The notes below the pieces were generated by a model. The model saw only the letters and a program-made list of their open reading frames with translations, was not told where the DNA came from and ran no database searches. From Antedon mediterranea (taxonomy: Eukaryota; Animalia; Echinodermata), in assembly GCF_964355755.1 (NCBI RefSeq), contig NC_092674.1:12338001-12402000 (forward strand): 64,000 nt of DNA, in the 5' to 3' direction. This document shows, one piece after another, positions 13,560-27,277 of this stretch; positions within the stretch are counted from its first letter, which is position 1; each line of letters begins with the position of its first letter. The position numbers and the translations under genes are program-made.

Positions 13560-13780
13560 TGCCATTTTAATGTCGCATTAATAGTTAATTTAACTGTATA
13601 TTTTTATATCAGAAATCATTAGTTGTTTTATTCATTTTATTTTCTATGGACTTGAATAACTTAATAAAAACTGCTAATATAAAGTCTAATTTTATAAATC
13701 TTTATTCTTCCTGATTTAGGAGGACAACAAAAGTACTATTCTATTGTCTTGAAATTATGAAATAATTAATTACAACTTAC

Positions 13781-13879
13781 TTTATTTTTGTGATTTAAAT
13801 CAGCATGTTTGTTGGCTAATGCTATGCAGCATGCAGTATGGCCAAATTGAGCAGCTAACAAGAGTGGTGTATTTCCATT
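13781..13879 (-). CDS. Canonical 99-bp ankyrin-repeat exon (phase 0-0)
   Basis: TTTTTAG acceptor, GTAAGT donor. Encodes NGNTPLLLAAQFGHTACCIALANKHADLNHKNK (G.TPL..AA..GH consensus). Confidence 0.92.
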
Positions 13880-15429
13880 CTAAAAATAGAATATAATATT
13901 TCATACAATATTACAAAATTCTTAGCAATGAGGAGGCATGGTTAATGTGTTTTATTTGTATTAAACACATTAATAATAACTTCCCATATATCTTTTTAAA
14001 TCATGATTTTAACTCTTCATAAAATAAAAGTTTACTCAGTGAAGTTATACATTCATTCAGTGATTTCATATTACATATTCTTTCAAAAACAAACATCCAT
14101 ATTGTTATTGTTTTTCCTGTGCAAACATGGTGTTAGCACAAGAACTGTTCAACACTTTATTATATATTGCTACAATACTATCTACACATGTTGGTACTGT
14201 ATTACTAAAAAATGTAAAAATATTGTTATAGTAGCATAAATAATCAAAATACAACTGAAATGACCATTCTAAAACTTCTGATGAAGTTTTATAAATGTCT
14301 CTAAATAAATAAAATGATAAAATAATGGCATTTCAACAAAGTATTAAATAGACTGTATGTACATCATAAGTTAACAGTTTTTAGTCTCACTGAGCTTTAT
14401 ATCTCTATGATTTGGTAGACTGTAATTGTATTTTAAGAACAGCACTTAAAATTAATAAAATATGATATAAATACAATTGAAAGTTTTTAATGTAAATTAT
14501 TTTAATTAAGATAATTTACATTGTCAGATCTCACTCTGAATACATTTAACCCGATTTCTCATCAAAAGAGTCAGTGTGGTAAAAGACCTCTTAAACAAAA
14601 AATATAACAATATTTAATATAAAAAACTCATTACAATCCAGCATTCGAGCAGAGAAATATTATTGATAAAGGTTTTCATAACATGCAGAAGTAATTAATG
14701 TTCTCCCTGGTCATTTTATTCCAGCTGTGACAATTGTATTATCATCGCTCTGCACAACCATGAAGAAACATCAGAATGATTGTCAATATTATAATTATTA
14801 ATAAAGGACAATATAAAAAGGATCTGATCCTATCATAATGCACTTTTATATGATTTAGCGAAATTAAGTAGAGCAATAAGGTAGTGTCTGAGCAGCATTG
14901 TGTTGGAAGGCATTGGAAGACACACAAAGGTGTACAAGGGTCTCTTTAGCTGTGACTGACAGGCTGTACTATCATAGACGGGTAGATGTTATTGTGTTCG
15001 GTGTATTTTAATACACCAAACACACTATTTAAAAATAGTTTTAAAAAGAGATGATAGCATCCGGTTTATTCTATTTCAAAAAGTGGTATCATGGTTATAT
15101 GATAATGTTGCTATTGTAGTTTTTTATGCTATGAAACTATGTTATGGAATGAATCTACAAAGGCCTAGTATTATTCGCTGTTTAAACACTGTATTCATTT
15201 TGGATAATGTATACAGATTAAGGTGTATGGTATTGTAACGAAAATCCCTTCTCGGGTTCGTTCCCTTTTTGTGGGGAGGGGTCTGCGGTACCACGGCAAA
15301 CTCGAATGAAACAAACAAATCAATTACAATTTTTGGAGTGACCTCCTTTATTCTTCTTTGATTCCAAATTATTGGTACAACTGATTATAATAATTAATTA
15401 GATTAGTTCTGCTATTACGCCGGACATGA

Positions 15430-17030
15430 AACAACAGCGTAACCACCAGTAATGACGTAACCTCAAATAGTAGCGTGACCACCAACAACGGCGTAACCCC
15501 TAACAGCAACGTTAACCACCAACAATGGTGTAACCTCCAACAGCACGTAACCACCACCAATGGTGTAACCTCCAACAGCACGTAACCACCAACAATGGTG
15601 TAACCTCCAACAATGGTGTAACCTCCAACAGCACGTAACCACCAACAATGCTGTAACCTCCAACAGCACGTAACCACCAACAATGGTGTAACCTCCAACA
15701 GCACGTAACCACCAACAATGGTGGGCGCTAGTTCCGTTTCGCACCTGTCGTTTATTTCGACTCAAAATTGGTTAAGTAACTTTATCGTGAGTACCACACC
15801 TTAGAATTAGGCCTCAAAAATACTTTTACGAAGGAGATCACACAAAAAGTAAAAAATGAATCCTTTAAATTGATGAATTTACAGACGTGTTTCTCGCACA
15901 TCGGTTCGTGAATTTCGCATACTCCATGTTCAATGTTGTTGTTTCTATGGAGCGCCAAAAGAGCAATCATATATATTTAATGCATTTATTGGTGAAAATT
16001 ACGTTCAATTTTATCATATTTTGTCAATGTCATTGTCAATGCAACAAAAATATTACTGTTGATACTGTACATGGTTTTTGCAGGAGCTTTTGAATGAATG
16101 AAAATCGACAAATTCATCATCATATTACATGTACTGTAGTGTAGGGGTATACCTTAATCTAAATAATATGCCTCTTAGTCTTACTCTTAGGCCTAGGGTT
16201 GGTTGCTATTTGAAAACAGCAAATTATTAGCAGTAAAATGTTACAGCATTTTTATTGACAAAATATATTAAAATTAAACGTGTATTTCAATAATAAATGC
16301 ATTAAAAGAAGACGCATTCCACTGAGGTTTTAACCATCTATTGTTGTTGCTCTTTTGGCGCTCCATAGAAACGAAAATATTGAACTTCGAGTATGCTAAA
16401 TTCGTGGCGAACGGTATGCGAGAAACATGTCTGTAAAATCATCAATTTAAGGATTTATTTGTTACTTTTTATGTGATTCTTCTTCATAAAAGTACTTATG
16501 AGGCCCAATTTTAAGGTGTGGTATTCACAATAAGTTGCTTAACAATTTGGAGTCAAAAGGAAGTCGAAAAAAAACAGGTGCGAAACGGAACTAGCGCCCA
16601 ATGGTGTAACCTCCAACAGCACATAACCACCAACGATGGTGTAACCTCCACAGCAACGTAACCACCAACAATGGTGTAACCTCCACAGCAACGTAACCAC
16701 CAACAGTGGTGTAACCTCCACAGCAACGTAACCACCAACAACAATGGCGTAACCTCCACAGCAACGTAACCACCAACAGTGGTGTAACCTCCAACAGCAC
16801 GTACACCAACACAATGGTGTAACCTCTAACAGCAGGTACACCAACACAATGGTGTAACCTCCAACAGCACGTACACCAACACAATGGTGTAACCTCTAAC
16901 AGCAACGTAGCCACCAACAATGGTGTAACCTCCACAGCAGGTAACCACGTACCGGCTAACAGGGTAACCACCAGTAGTCTTACCACTGGCTAATAGGTGT
17001 ACCCACCAGCAAAGCAGTTTCACAACCACA
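15430..17030. repeat. 35-bp minisatellite inside the LTR (ccaccaacaatggtgtaacctccaacagcacgtaa)
   Basis: Period 35 (e.g. cagcacgtaa at 15541 and 15576). Interrupted by the MITE at 15723-16599. Confidence 0.9.
15723..16599. mobile_element. MITE with long TIRs, GGG...CCC ends and a 6-bp TSD (superfamily uncertain, possibly hAT6-like)
   Basis: gggcgctagttccgtttcgcacctg / caggtgcgaaacggaactagcgccc. TSD aatggt (15717-15722, 16600-16605). Confidence 0.85.
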
Positions 17031-19459
17031 CAGAGTGTACCACGGCCCACCACGGGCTAACTGTATCTCAAGCAGTAACACAACCAGTAGGTGCAACCTC
17101 CGGCTCAGCTATCTCAAATAGTGATACAACCAGTACAGTAGGCGCAACCTCCGGCTCACAATGTCTCAAATAGTGATACAACCAGTACAGTAGGCGCAAC
17201 CTCCGGCTCACTATGTCTCCAACAGCAGCACAAGCGGTAGGCTGTACCCTCCGGCTAACTTACCTGCTGTGTCTTAACTCTCCTTTTATTATTCAGCTCT
17301 AATTTTCTCTTTCTTTTCTCTAATCTTCTCTACACTTTGTTTTCCAATTTCTCTAATGTCCCTACTTATTTTACACGTCTTCTCCCTGCTTCTCCGCTTT
17401 TCCAGCTCCAATCTCTCCTTCCTTTTTAACGCAGCTTGAGGTAACCCTCCATTGCCTTCCTTCTCCAATCCCTCTCTGCCCTTTCTCTCAAGTTAGACCG
17501 GGCGCCCGGAAGATTTATTCATGTGAAAAGATACAAAAGGTTTGATGATGTAGTTAGGTGCGTATTAAGGCGAGATGCAATATTCGATATTGCTGCCGGG
17601 TCACAGCCTGTACATGGGGCCTGTGGGGATCATAACATAGGGGGGTAAAAATGCATTTATTCATGTGAAGCGATACAAGGATAAACTTTTTTGGATATCA
17701 TTCGCAGTGGGCTACTAATGATTACATCACCAATGACAGCAACTTTATCCTGTACGGGGCGCCAAACAGCAACATTTTAGGGCCACGCCCAAATGGGTTT
17801 ATTCATGTGAAGCGATACAAGGTTGAATCTTTTTTTAATGGCAGCAGTACATATTGGGGATGACAAAAACACCAATGACAGCAACTTTATCCTGTACATA
17901 AGCTGAGACAGCAGCCCTAAAGGTCCGCAGATTCCCCCTATTCGGCTATATACTCGGTGCGTATGTCGTCTTATGGCGTTCAGCTGAGTTAGAAATACGT
18001 GATACGGACTCGTACTGACAATAAATAGCCTACACAGCAGAATGATAAAACAATAAATAAAGAGAGCAGTTGTTTGCTGTACCAAATCATCAAACATCAA
18101 ACTCTTAGGAACTCGCCCAAAATGGGTTTATCCATGAAGTATGAATCGTTTTTTCTTTCTTTCTCTCTTTTTTGCTCCATTCGTGATCAACAATGTCGAT
18201 AATACAAACACATTTACGATAACGAGTGACTTTTATTTTATAATTGAAATATATCTTTATTTTGGAATAATAAATAACACCAACAAAAACACTTAAAAAT
18301 AACCAACAGCAGATTTGTATTTTAGGGTAACATTTTGAACAATCAATATTATATCAAAATCATTATTTCGATCAAAATAATATAATTTAAGAATAGTTTT
18401 CAGATAAACTAAATAATTACACTCATATTGATTGACACCGGTACCTATTAGTGTACATTATTATTATAACTCCATTTAAATATTGTTTTAATTACACACT
18501 AGACACTAGTGATATTTCTATATGAAAAAAGGCAACGAAATCTAAATTTGCAACATTTTTTAACATAACATAACATAATAGTAAAGTAAATAATAGTGCG
18601 AATTCAACATAATCACTTAGAGAATTGGTAAGGTATAGATTAGACTATCGAAGGCACACTATTACTAAAAAATAAAAACCAACAAAAAACTGCCAACATC
18701 TTAAACGTCGTTACTTGTCTATAATGCATAATGAATGGATCGACTACTGTATCGATTACTGCACATTGTTTTACTTTAACTGAACCAAAGTCAAACTTTT
18801 AATTGTTACTGTACTAACATTAGACAGTGATATCTGATAAAAGGCAACATTAATTAATATTAATAATACTGAACCAAATTAAATATCGTTACTTATCCAC
18901 ACTGGATCGACTACTGTATTGATTATTGCACATTATTTTACTAACTAACATAAGAAAGTGATATCTGATAAAACGCAACAAACTGAATCGAATTAAATAT
19001 CGTTACTTATCCATAATGGATCGACTACTGTATTGATTACTGCACATTATTTTACTATAACTGCCCAAGTCAAATTTAAAATTGTTACTGTACTGTACTA
19101 ACATTAGACAGTGATATCTGATAAAAGGCAACATACTCAAATTATCAAATTAAATATCGTTACTTATCCATAATGGATCGACTACTGTATCGATTATTGC
19201 ACATTATTTTACTGCCCAACTGCCCAAGTCAAATTTAAAATTGTTACATTAATAACATTGGACCAAATTAAATATCGTTACTTATCTCCAACTGAACCCA
19301 GGTCGAATATTTTGCATACCGACACACTGTAAAAGCACACAATGAGCAAAGACATCGATTTTACTGGCTGTATGCATTAAATAACTAAATATTGTACATT
19401 CCTCATATTCCATTACTAGCTGAACAGAATACACGATATAATAAAACCAATAGGGGCTA

Positions 19460-19909
19460 TTGGATTTCTATAATCACACTGTAATGATACTGGATTTTAC
19501 CGCAAAGGCAAGTCATTGCGATCGCTTTGTGGACAGGATGGACAAACCCGCAGTCACTGCCTATGTATGCAAGATATATGGGTTTAAAAGCATGAACAGT
19601 ATTAATGAGGCCAGGTACCAATCGTTTCGCAAAATGACAACTGGAAAGAAGAAAGTCAAGAAGATCAACTGTTCGTCATTGCCACCATGTGAAATCACAA
19701 TCACCCAGCATCTGTTGAAGGAAAATTATGTATCTATTATGTGGAGACACGCTCATACTCCTCAGCCAACACAAAACCTACGCCCATTAAACTATGGATG
19801 GGTTGATAATGGTGATGGAAGGTATGTACCGAAATGGTTTGATGGAAATGCTCTACCAGATCCGTTGACTAGTGATCCACACTCGGAACAAAGTTCTTCA
19901 CGATACTGA
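19460..19909 (+). pseudogene. Academ transposase C-terminal fragment
   Basis: SINEARY..F...SSLPPC.....QHL...NYVS.MW...P.NYGW....YVPKW motif, located between the Academ arms. Confidence 0.75.
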
Positions 19910-20439
19910 TGCAGGAATATTGGAACAAACTGATGATGAAGAACTTGAAATAATAGATTTTGAAGCTGAAATCGATGATGACCAACCTTGGAGTGATGAC
20001 AGTGAAAGTGACTGTGATGATGACGAATAGATAAACTAAAAAGATTATGCATTACGGCTGATTTAATAGTTTTTAATCGTTTACATAAAACATTTGACAG
20101 TTTTGAAGTAAATATTGTATAATATATCAAATGTAAATACTGAAATATTTGATCCATAGATAGTTGGCAAGCAGAATCCAGTATCATTACAGTGTGATAT
20201 AATCAAATTTATAAATGACGCTGTCACAAATCATGTAAAAAGAAATACAATACCCCCTATTGGTTTTATTATATCGTGTATTCTTTTTAGCTAGTAACAA
20301 TGGAATATGATGAATGTACAATATTCAGTTATTTAATGCATACAGCCAGTAACCACGATGTCTTTGCTCAATTGTGCTTTTACAGTGTGTCGGTAGTTAC
20401 ACTGCATGTAAAATATTCGACCTGGGTTCAGTTAGAGAA

Positions 20440-21530
20440 AAATAATGTGCAATAATCAATACAGTAGTCGATCCATTGTGGATAAGTAACGATATTTACT
20501 TTTGTCCAGTATTATTAATGTTGCCTTTTATCAGATATCACTGTATAATGTTAGTACAGTAACAATTTTAAATTTGACTTCGGCAGTTTTAGTAAAATAA
20601 TGTGCAATAATCGATACAGTAGTCGATCCATTATGGATAAGTAACGATATTTAATTTGGTCCTGAGTATGTTGCATTTTATCAGATATCACTGTATAATG
20701 TTAGTACAGTAACAATTTTTAAATTGACTTGGGCAGTTATAGTAAAATAATGTGCAATAATCGATACAGTAGTCGATCCATTATGGATAAGTAACGATAT
20801 TTAATTTGGTCCTGAGTATGTTGCATTTTATCAGATATCACTGTCTAATGTTAGTACAGGAACAATTTTAAATTTGACTTGGGCAGTTATAGTAAAATAA
20901 TGTGCAATAATCGATACAGTAGTCGATCCATTATGGATAAGTAACGATATTTAATTTGGTCCTGAGTATGTTGCATTTTATCAGATATCACTGTATAATG
21001 TTAGTACAGTAACAATTTTAAAATTGACTTGGGCAGTTATAGTAAAATTATGTGCAATAATCGATACAGTAGTTGATCCATTATGGATAAGTAACGATAT
21101 TTAATTTGGTCCTGAGTATGTTGCATTTTATCAGATATCACTGTCTAATGTTAGTACAGTAACAATTTTAAATTTGACTTGGGCAGTTATAGTAAAATAA
21201 TGTGCAGTAATCAATACAGTAGTCGATCCATTATGGATAAGTAACGATATTTAATTCGATTCAGTTTGTTGCGTTTTATCAGATATCACTTTCTTATGTC
21301 AGTTAGTAAATAATGTGCAATAACCAATACAGTAGTCGATCCATTGTGGATAAGTAACGATATTTAATTTGGTTCAGTATTATTAATATTAATTAATGTT
21401 GCCTTTTATCAGATATCACTGTCTAATATTAGTACAGTAACAATTAAAAATTTGACTTTGTTTTTCAGTTAAAGTAAAACAATGTGCAGAAATCGATACA
21501 GTAGTCGATCCATTATGGACAAGTAACGAT
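20440..21530. repeat. 150-bp tandem repeat in the Academ arm (inverted copies at ~18730-19280)
   Basis: tgtgcaataatcgatacagtagtcgatcc recurs at 20601, 20751, 20901, 21051 and 21201. Confidence 0.92.
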
Positions 21531-23790
21531 GTTTAAAATGTTGGTAGATTAAGTTATTTGTTGGTTTTTATCAGTCTAATTCACATGAAAACGGTTACTT
21601 TTTTTTTATTTAGATTGAATTAAAAATACAGTAATAGTGTGCAATCGATAGTCTAATCTATACCTTACCAATTCTCTAAGTGATTATGTTGAATTCGAAC
21701 TATTATTTACTTTACTATTATGTTATGTTATGTAAAAAATGTTGCAAATTTAGATTTCGTTGCCTTTTTTCATATAGACATATCACTAGTGTCTAGTGTG
21801 TAATTAAAACAATATTTAAATCGAGTTATAATAATAATGCACAATAATCGGTACCGGTGTCGATCATTATGAGTGTAATTATTAATTAGTTTATCTGTAA
21901 AATATTCTTAAATTATATTATTTTGTGTTGTGAAATAATGATTTTGATATAATATTGATTGTTCAAAATGATACCCTAAAATACAAATATGCTGTTGGTT
22001 ATTTTAAGTGTTTTTGTTGGTGTTATTTATTTATTCCAAAATAAAGATATATTTCAATTATAAAATAAAAGTCACTCGTTATCGTGAATGTGTTTGTATT
22101 ATCGACATTGTTGATCACGAATGGAGCCTCGGGTATTTGAGCTGCTCAAAAATGATTACACACTTCATGGATAAACCCATTTTGGGCGAGTTCCTAAGAG
22201 TTTTTTGATGATTTGGTACTGGAAACAACTGCTCTCTTTATTTATTGTTTTAGCATTCTACTGTGTATTTATTGTCAGTCCGAGTCCGTATCACGTATTT
22301 CTAACTCAGCTGAACGCCATTAGACGACATACGCGCCGAGAGTATATAGCCGAATAGGAGGAAACTGCGGACCTTTAGGGCTGCTGTCTGAGCTTATGTA
22401 CAGGATAAAGTTGCTGTCATTGGTGTTTTTGTCATCCCCAATATATACTGCTGCCATTAAAAAAAGATTCAACCTTGTATCGCTTCACATGAATAAACCC
22501 ATTTGGGCGTGGCCCTAAAATGTTGCTGTTTGGCGCCCCGTACAGGATAAAGTTGCTGTCATTGGTGATGTAATCATTAGTAGCCCACTGCGAATGATAT
22601 CCAAAAAAGATTATCCTTGTATCGCTTCACATAAATAAATGCATTTTTACCCCCCTATGTTATGATCCCCACAGGCCCTATGTACAGGCTGTGACCCGGC
22701 AGCAATGTCGAATATTGCATCTCGCCCTAATACGCACCTAACTACATCATCAAACCTTTTGTATCTTTTCACATGAATAAATCTTCCGGGCGCCCGGTCT
22801 AAGTCTCACGTCCGTTCTCTGCTTCTCTTCCTGCCTAAACTCTGCCTCAATCTGCCGCCCTCTATATTTCCTTCTACCCCAAAATCATTACAGTATATTC
22901 AGATGGGTATAATAGTAAATCCCTGTATTTATAAAAACTTTTAAGCAATAAATTTAAATAAATAATTCATTTTTTCAGTTTTATTCAGAAATATATGATT
23001 GATGTTCTGAATTAACTTTTGTGAGCAAAAACATGATAATATCATGACTTGTTTTTGTATGCAATGTTTTTTTGTGACAATGTTCTATTAACACACATAC
23101 CTAAAAAGGTCGTTGCAAACTACAGAAAGCCACTAATCTCCTATCTGTATTGACATCATGCTCTTATAGTACTCTTTCATGTGCTTTTATACTTTATGCA
23201 ACATTCTCTTATACACGATGTTGGATGCATCAAATGTAAATTATAATTCAGTGGTGTTTGCGTTTGAACAAGCAGTTACGACTGAAAACGTATCCAAAAT
23301 GTGTTCAGGTGGTAACACATTTTGACTGGTAAATTCTAATTCCATTGGTTTCATTTTGTCGTTACTGGGAGGGGATAAGGTTTAAAGTAAATTTTTTACC
23401 AAATCAAATGGATATCTCAATTAATATCTTTTTTATATCATTTGCTTCAAATACATAGTGTTGCTCTGTATATATGGCACAAAATAACAACACGACACAC
23501 CTTAACATTCTGTGCTCTAAATGCAGATGGTAAACACTATTACAGAATCTACAATGCTAAAAGTGAGAACACTTTCAATGACAGATTTATAAAACAAAAA
23601 AATACGTAGGCCTAAAGTCTATGCAAAAATAAAAAATTGTGTTTAGTTTAGATACTTAGATACTCTCTTAGTATTACAGGGTAACACCGCGGATCAAAAA
23701 TATGTTGTTTATTATAAAACATAGACCTTTCAAAACACTACTTAATTTATTTAATGAAATATATCATAATTATAATATACATTTGGATTA

Positions 23791-24396
23791 CAGGCCCGTA
23801 TGCAGCATTTATAATGGGGGGGGGGGGTGCGAGCGAAGCGAGCAACAATGGCTGGGGGCCAGGGGGCCGCCAAGGGCCCCCAGTCAGGTAATTTGCGTTA
23901 TTTGACGTTCTAAAGACTGATTTAAGACTCTCTGTTGTGGCTTGGGCTAGTTGAACGATGGACACCAGAACTTAACGCTTTCATGATGAGGCCAACTCAG
24001 ACAGCGTCGCACGACGCTGTCTAAGTTGGCCTTCCCTTTAGGCGCCGTATTCGATAGTGTCTGTATTTCCAGACACGTCTTTACCGCCGGTTTAAGTTGT
24101 CTGTATTTCCAGCAAACACTTTACCGCGTACCGCGTACATGAAGCGCTAAGCTATTGCTTGTCGTCACATGATCGACTGCGCATGTTTTACATCGAGTTT
24201 GTAGTCAGTTCAGATTCCGTAATTTAATTACCGGTATTTTAGCATATTTTTGTTTGTATACCATTGATAATGTAAATTTTGTATATATATATATAATGAT
24301 ATTGTCTTTAGTTAAACAAGACAAGAAAAAATACCAATCGAGGAAATAGTGGACCTTTTGGGACTTGGCAGACGCACCCCCCTGGATACGGGCCTG
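23791..24396. mobile_element. Non-autonomous hAT-like element
   Basis: TIRs caggcccgtatgcag / ctggatacgggcctg. Subterminal GCGAGCGAAGCGAGC. TSD degenerate. Confidence 0.7.
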
Positions 24397-26068
24397 TGAT
24401 TAGCTGTACGCGAGTGCAAATAAAACATCTAAATGAATATGTATTTGCAAAAAGCTAAAATTGATTCTGTCCCACTGTGTCATGGGCCAAGAGCTTTTCT
24501 TTTATTATTCAAATTTTTTTAAATCGTTAATCGTGACCCTTTATAACTTGTTGTAGACTTGCCCCAAGTCTGTATTTATTGTCTTTTTTTTATTTATTTG
24601 TTTTTATTTCGACCGCGATTTTTGTCTGAAAATACAGACTTGTGAAACACGTATAGAAATCGATCTGCAAACCGCAAACATCCGATAAGAATGACGTAGG
24701 TTATCATACCGTATTTGGCTATATGGGGCGGGCGGTATGTAAATATGGATTTCGAATCAACCAATGATCATTTTGTTTCAAAATGAAAAAGATCGAGTAC
24801 CGTACGTACAGTGTGCTGAATGTACGATCGAGACTGAACAACTGTTGAAATATAAAATCGTGTTGCCAAGTTGTTTTGTTTATTAATTGTTCTGGCCTAG
24901 GCCTCCTTCGTAGGCGGGTTCGTAGGGCTACTCAACTCGTACGTATGACCTTCCAAATAAAACACCAATAAGGTACATACCACCAAAGAATATATATCAC
25001 AAGAATGAGTATTCCGCGATTTTTGCATGAGGAATTTGTAACAGAGAGCTCCAGAGAGTGATGCCCGCCCTCATAAGGGCGGATGTATACATACTAAATA
25101 AGACTTGATTTAATAGTGTATTACACATGTCACATTAAATAGAATTATGATAATATATTTCGCAATTGTAAACTATTTTATAATACATATTTATTAACAA
25201 ACTAGTGTACATTCACTTTTACAGACAATTATTTACTAACATGCTAAGTTAGTTCACAAAAAAGGCCTAACACAGCAACACCAAAATCAACGAATCGTTA
25301 CTCAGCACGGCCTATTCTTTACCATTGCCGTGTACTACTCTACGCCCGGTAAATTAAGTATTGTTTTTATGATATAAATTAGTATAAAATACATGTTATT
25401 AATAGGACAAAATGTTAAATGTCATTAACATTTATTTGTTTTACCAGAAACAAGTTAAATATAGGAATATTATTAAACTATCCTTCGTGAAAACGCGTAA
25501 ACAGCAACACGCCCGGTCACGCTATCGTAGCGCCCGGTTGATAAAGCAAACTGTTTATACGGCAGTTTTTACTAAATAAATTGCATTAAACGAACAATTA
25601 AATATCCAAATAGTATTTAACATGATGTTGGCATGTAGTTGATAACATTTTTTATCATGAAAATACTACCGGTGGTCCAGCCTTTGATTAGTGAAACCGT
25701 CACAAAAAGTTGTATACATCCCAGATACATCCACACTTATGGCGGCGCCCTACCACATGGACAATATTACTGTTACAGGGAAAATCGCGGATTAATCATT
25801 CTTGTGATTAGACTTGCCCCAAGTCTGTATTGTTATTTTTTTATAATTTATTTGTTTTTATTTCGACCGCGATTTTTGTCTGAAAATACAGACTTGTGAA
25901 ACACGTATAGAAATCGATTTGCAGACCGCAAACATCTGATAAGAATGACGTAGGTTATCATACCGTATTTGGCTATATGGGGCGGGCAGTATGTAAATAT
26001 GGATTTCAAATCAACCAATGATCATGTTGTTTCAAAATGAAAAAGATCGAGTACGTATAGTGCTGAAT

Positions 26069-27021
26069 TAGTCTGGGCTCCAGACGGAGTTTTTTCTTAA
26101 TATTAGTAAAAATATAAATATTTTTGCACATATGGCGTTTCATACGTGTATTACTTGATTTTGGATACTCCGTCTGGGGAAACACGCAAAAGTCACGTGG
26201 TTTGACACCAAGAATTCTTGGTGCATAGATTATCCGGTTGACTAGTTTCAGCTGCATGCGATTGGCTACTCACTCGTACACAGTTTTAATATTCATGTTT
26301 CAGAATTTCAAAGACTCAACAACTAAGAAGGTACGCATGCGCTATGTTACGTTTAGACAATGTGTACTTGGGTACATTAATGAAAGTTTCTGAAGGCTAG
26401 AAATGATTTTATACCGTATGCCTAGTAGTAGTCTGGTAAAAATTTGATGGGATTTTTCCCAAGAAAACTCGTCTTGCTTCTCCGCAAATCAAACATTGAA
26501 TGGATCATTTAATATTACGCGGAGATAATTTGATTTAATTCCCACCCAGACCCTGTCCTGTTCTGTGTAGTGTAGCCCTGTCTGTTGTGTGTGAATCCTG
26601 TTGTGTGCCGGTGGTGGTATGTAGGCCTACCTTATTGGCGTTTTATTTGGCAGGTCATACGTGCGAGTTAAGTAGGACCTACGAAGGAGGCCTAGGCTAA
26701 GGACTAAACAATTAATAAACAAAACAAATTGGCAACACGATTTCATATTTCAACAGTCTCGATCGTACATTCAGCACTGTACGTACTCGATCTTTTTCAT
26801 TTTGAAACAAAATGATCATTGGTTGATTCGAAAATCCATATTTACATACCGCCCGCCCCATATAGCCAAATACGGTATGATAACCTACGTCATTCTTATC
26901 GGATGTTTGCGGTCTGCAAATCGATTTCTATACGTGTTTCACAAGTCTGTATTTTCAGACAAAAATCGCGGCCGAAATAAAACAAATAAATAAAAAACAA
27001 TACAGACTTGGGGCAAGTCTA
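26069..27021 (-). mobile_element. AcademH-like MITE copy D, inverted, inserted in copy C
   Basis: tagtctgggctcc...ggggcaagtcta. 10-bp TSD agtgctgaat. Confidence 0.88.
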
Positions 27022-27105
27022 AGTGCTGAATGTACGATCGAGACTGTTCGAATATGAAATCGTGTTGCCAAGTTGTTTTGTTTATTAATTGTTTAGTCCT
27101 TAGCC

Positions 27106-27277
27106 TAGACTTGCCCCAAGTCTGTATTGTTTTTTTTTTAAATTTATTTGTTTTTATTTCGACCGCGATTTTTGTCTGAAAATACACTCAAGTAATACAC
27201 GTATGAAACGCCATATGTGCAAAAATATTTATATTTTTACTAATATTAAGAAAAAACTCCGTCTGGAGCCCAGACTA
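27106..27277 (+). mobile_element. 172-bp internally deleted mini-copy E of the AcademH-like MITE, inserted in copy C
   Basis: Both termini intact, junction gaaaataca|ctcaagtaatac. 9-bp TSD tccttagcc. Confidence 0.88.

Larger units (their letters stand above)
17494..22801. mobile_element. Non-autonomous Academ DNA transposon with ~2-2.5-kb foldback arms
   Basis: TAGACCGGGCGCCCGG...CCGGGCGCCCGGTCTA termini, 3-bp TSD agt. Arms ~17494-19460 and ~20250-22801 are inverted and differ in the number of 150-bp internal repeats. Confidence 0.9.
15234..22892 (-). mobile_element. Solo LTR (Gypsy-type, ~1.5 kb net) carrying a minisatellite and two nested DNA transposons
   Basis: TGTAACG...CATTACA termini, 4-bp TSD gtat (15230-15233, 22893-22896). 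Rejoined flanks match the uninterrupted related sequence at ~12360-12400. Minus-strand AATAAA at ~15350. Confidence 0.78.

Noticed and set aside
15430-17030. CRISPR-like regular repeats
   Set aside because: Head-to-tail units with no unique spacers, no cas genes, and a eukaryotic context.
15369-17053. Many overlapping Cys/Trp/His-rich ORFs (CCWRLHHCWW, VGGYTIVGG)
   Set aside because: Translation of a 35-bp minisatellite that cycles through all three frames without stops, inside an LTR.
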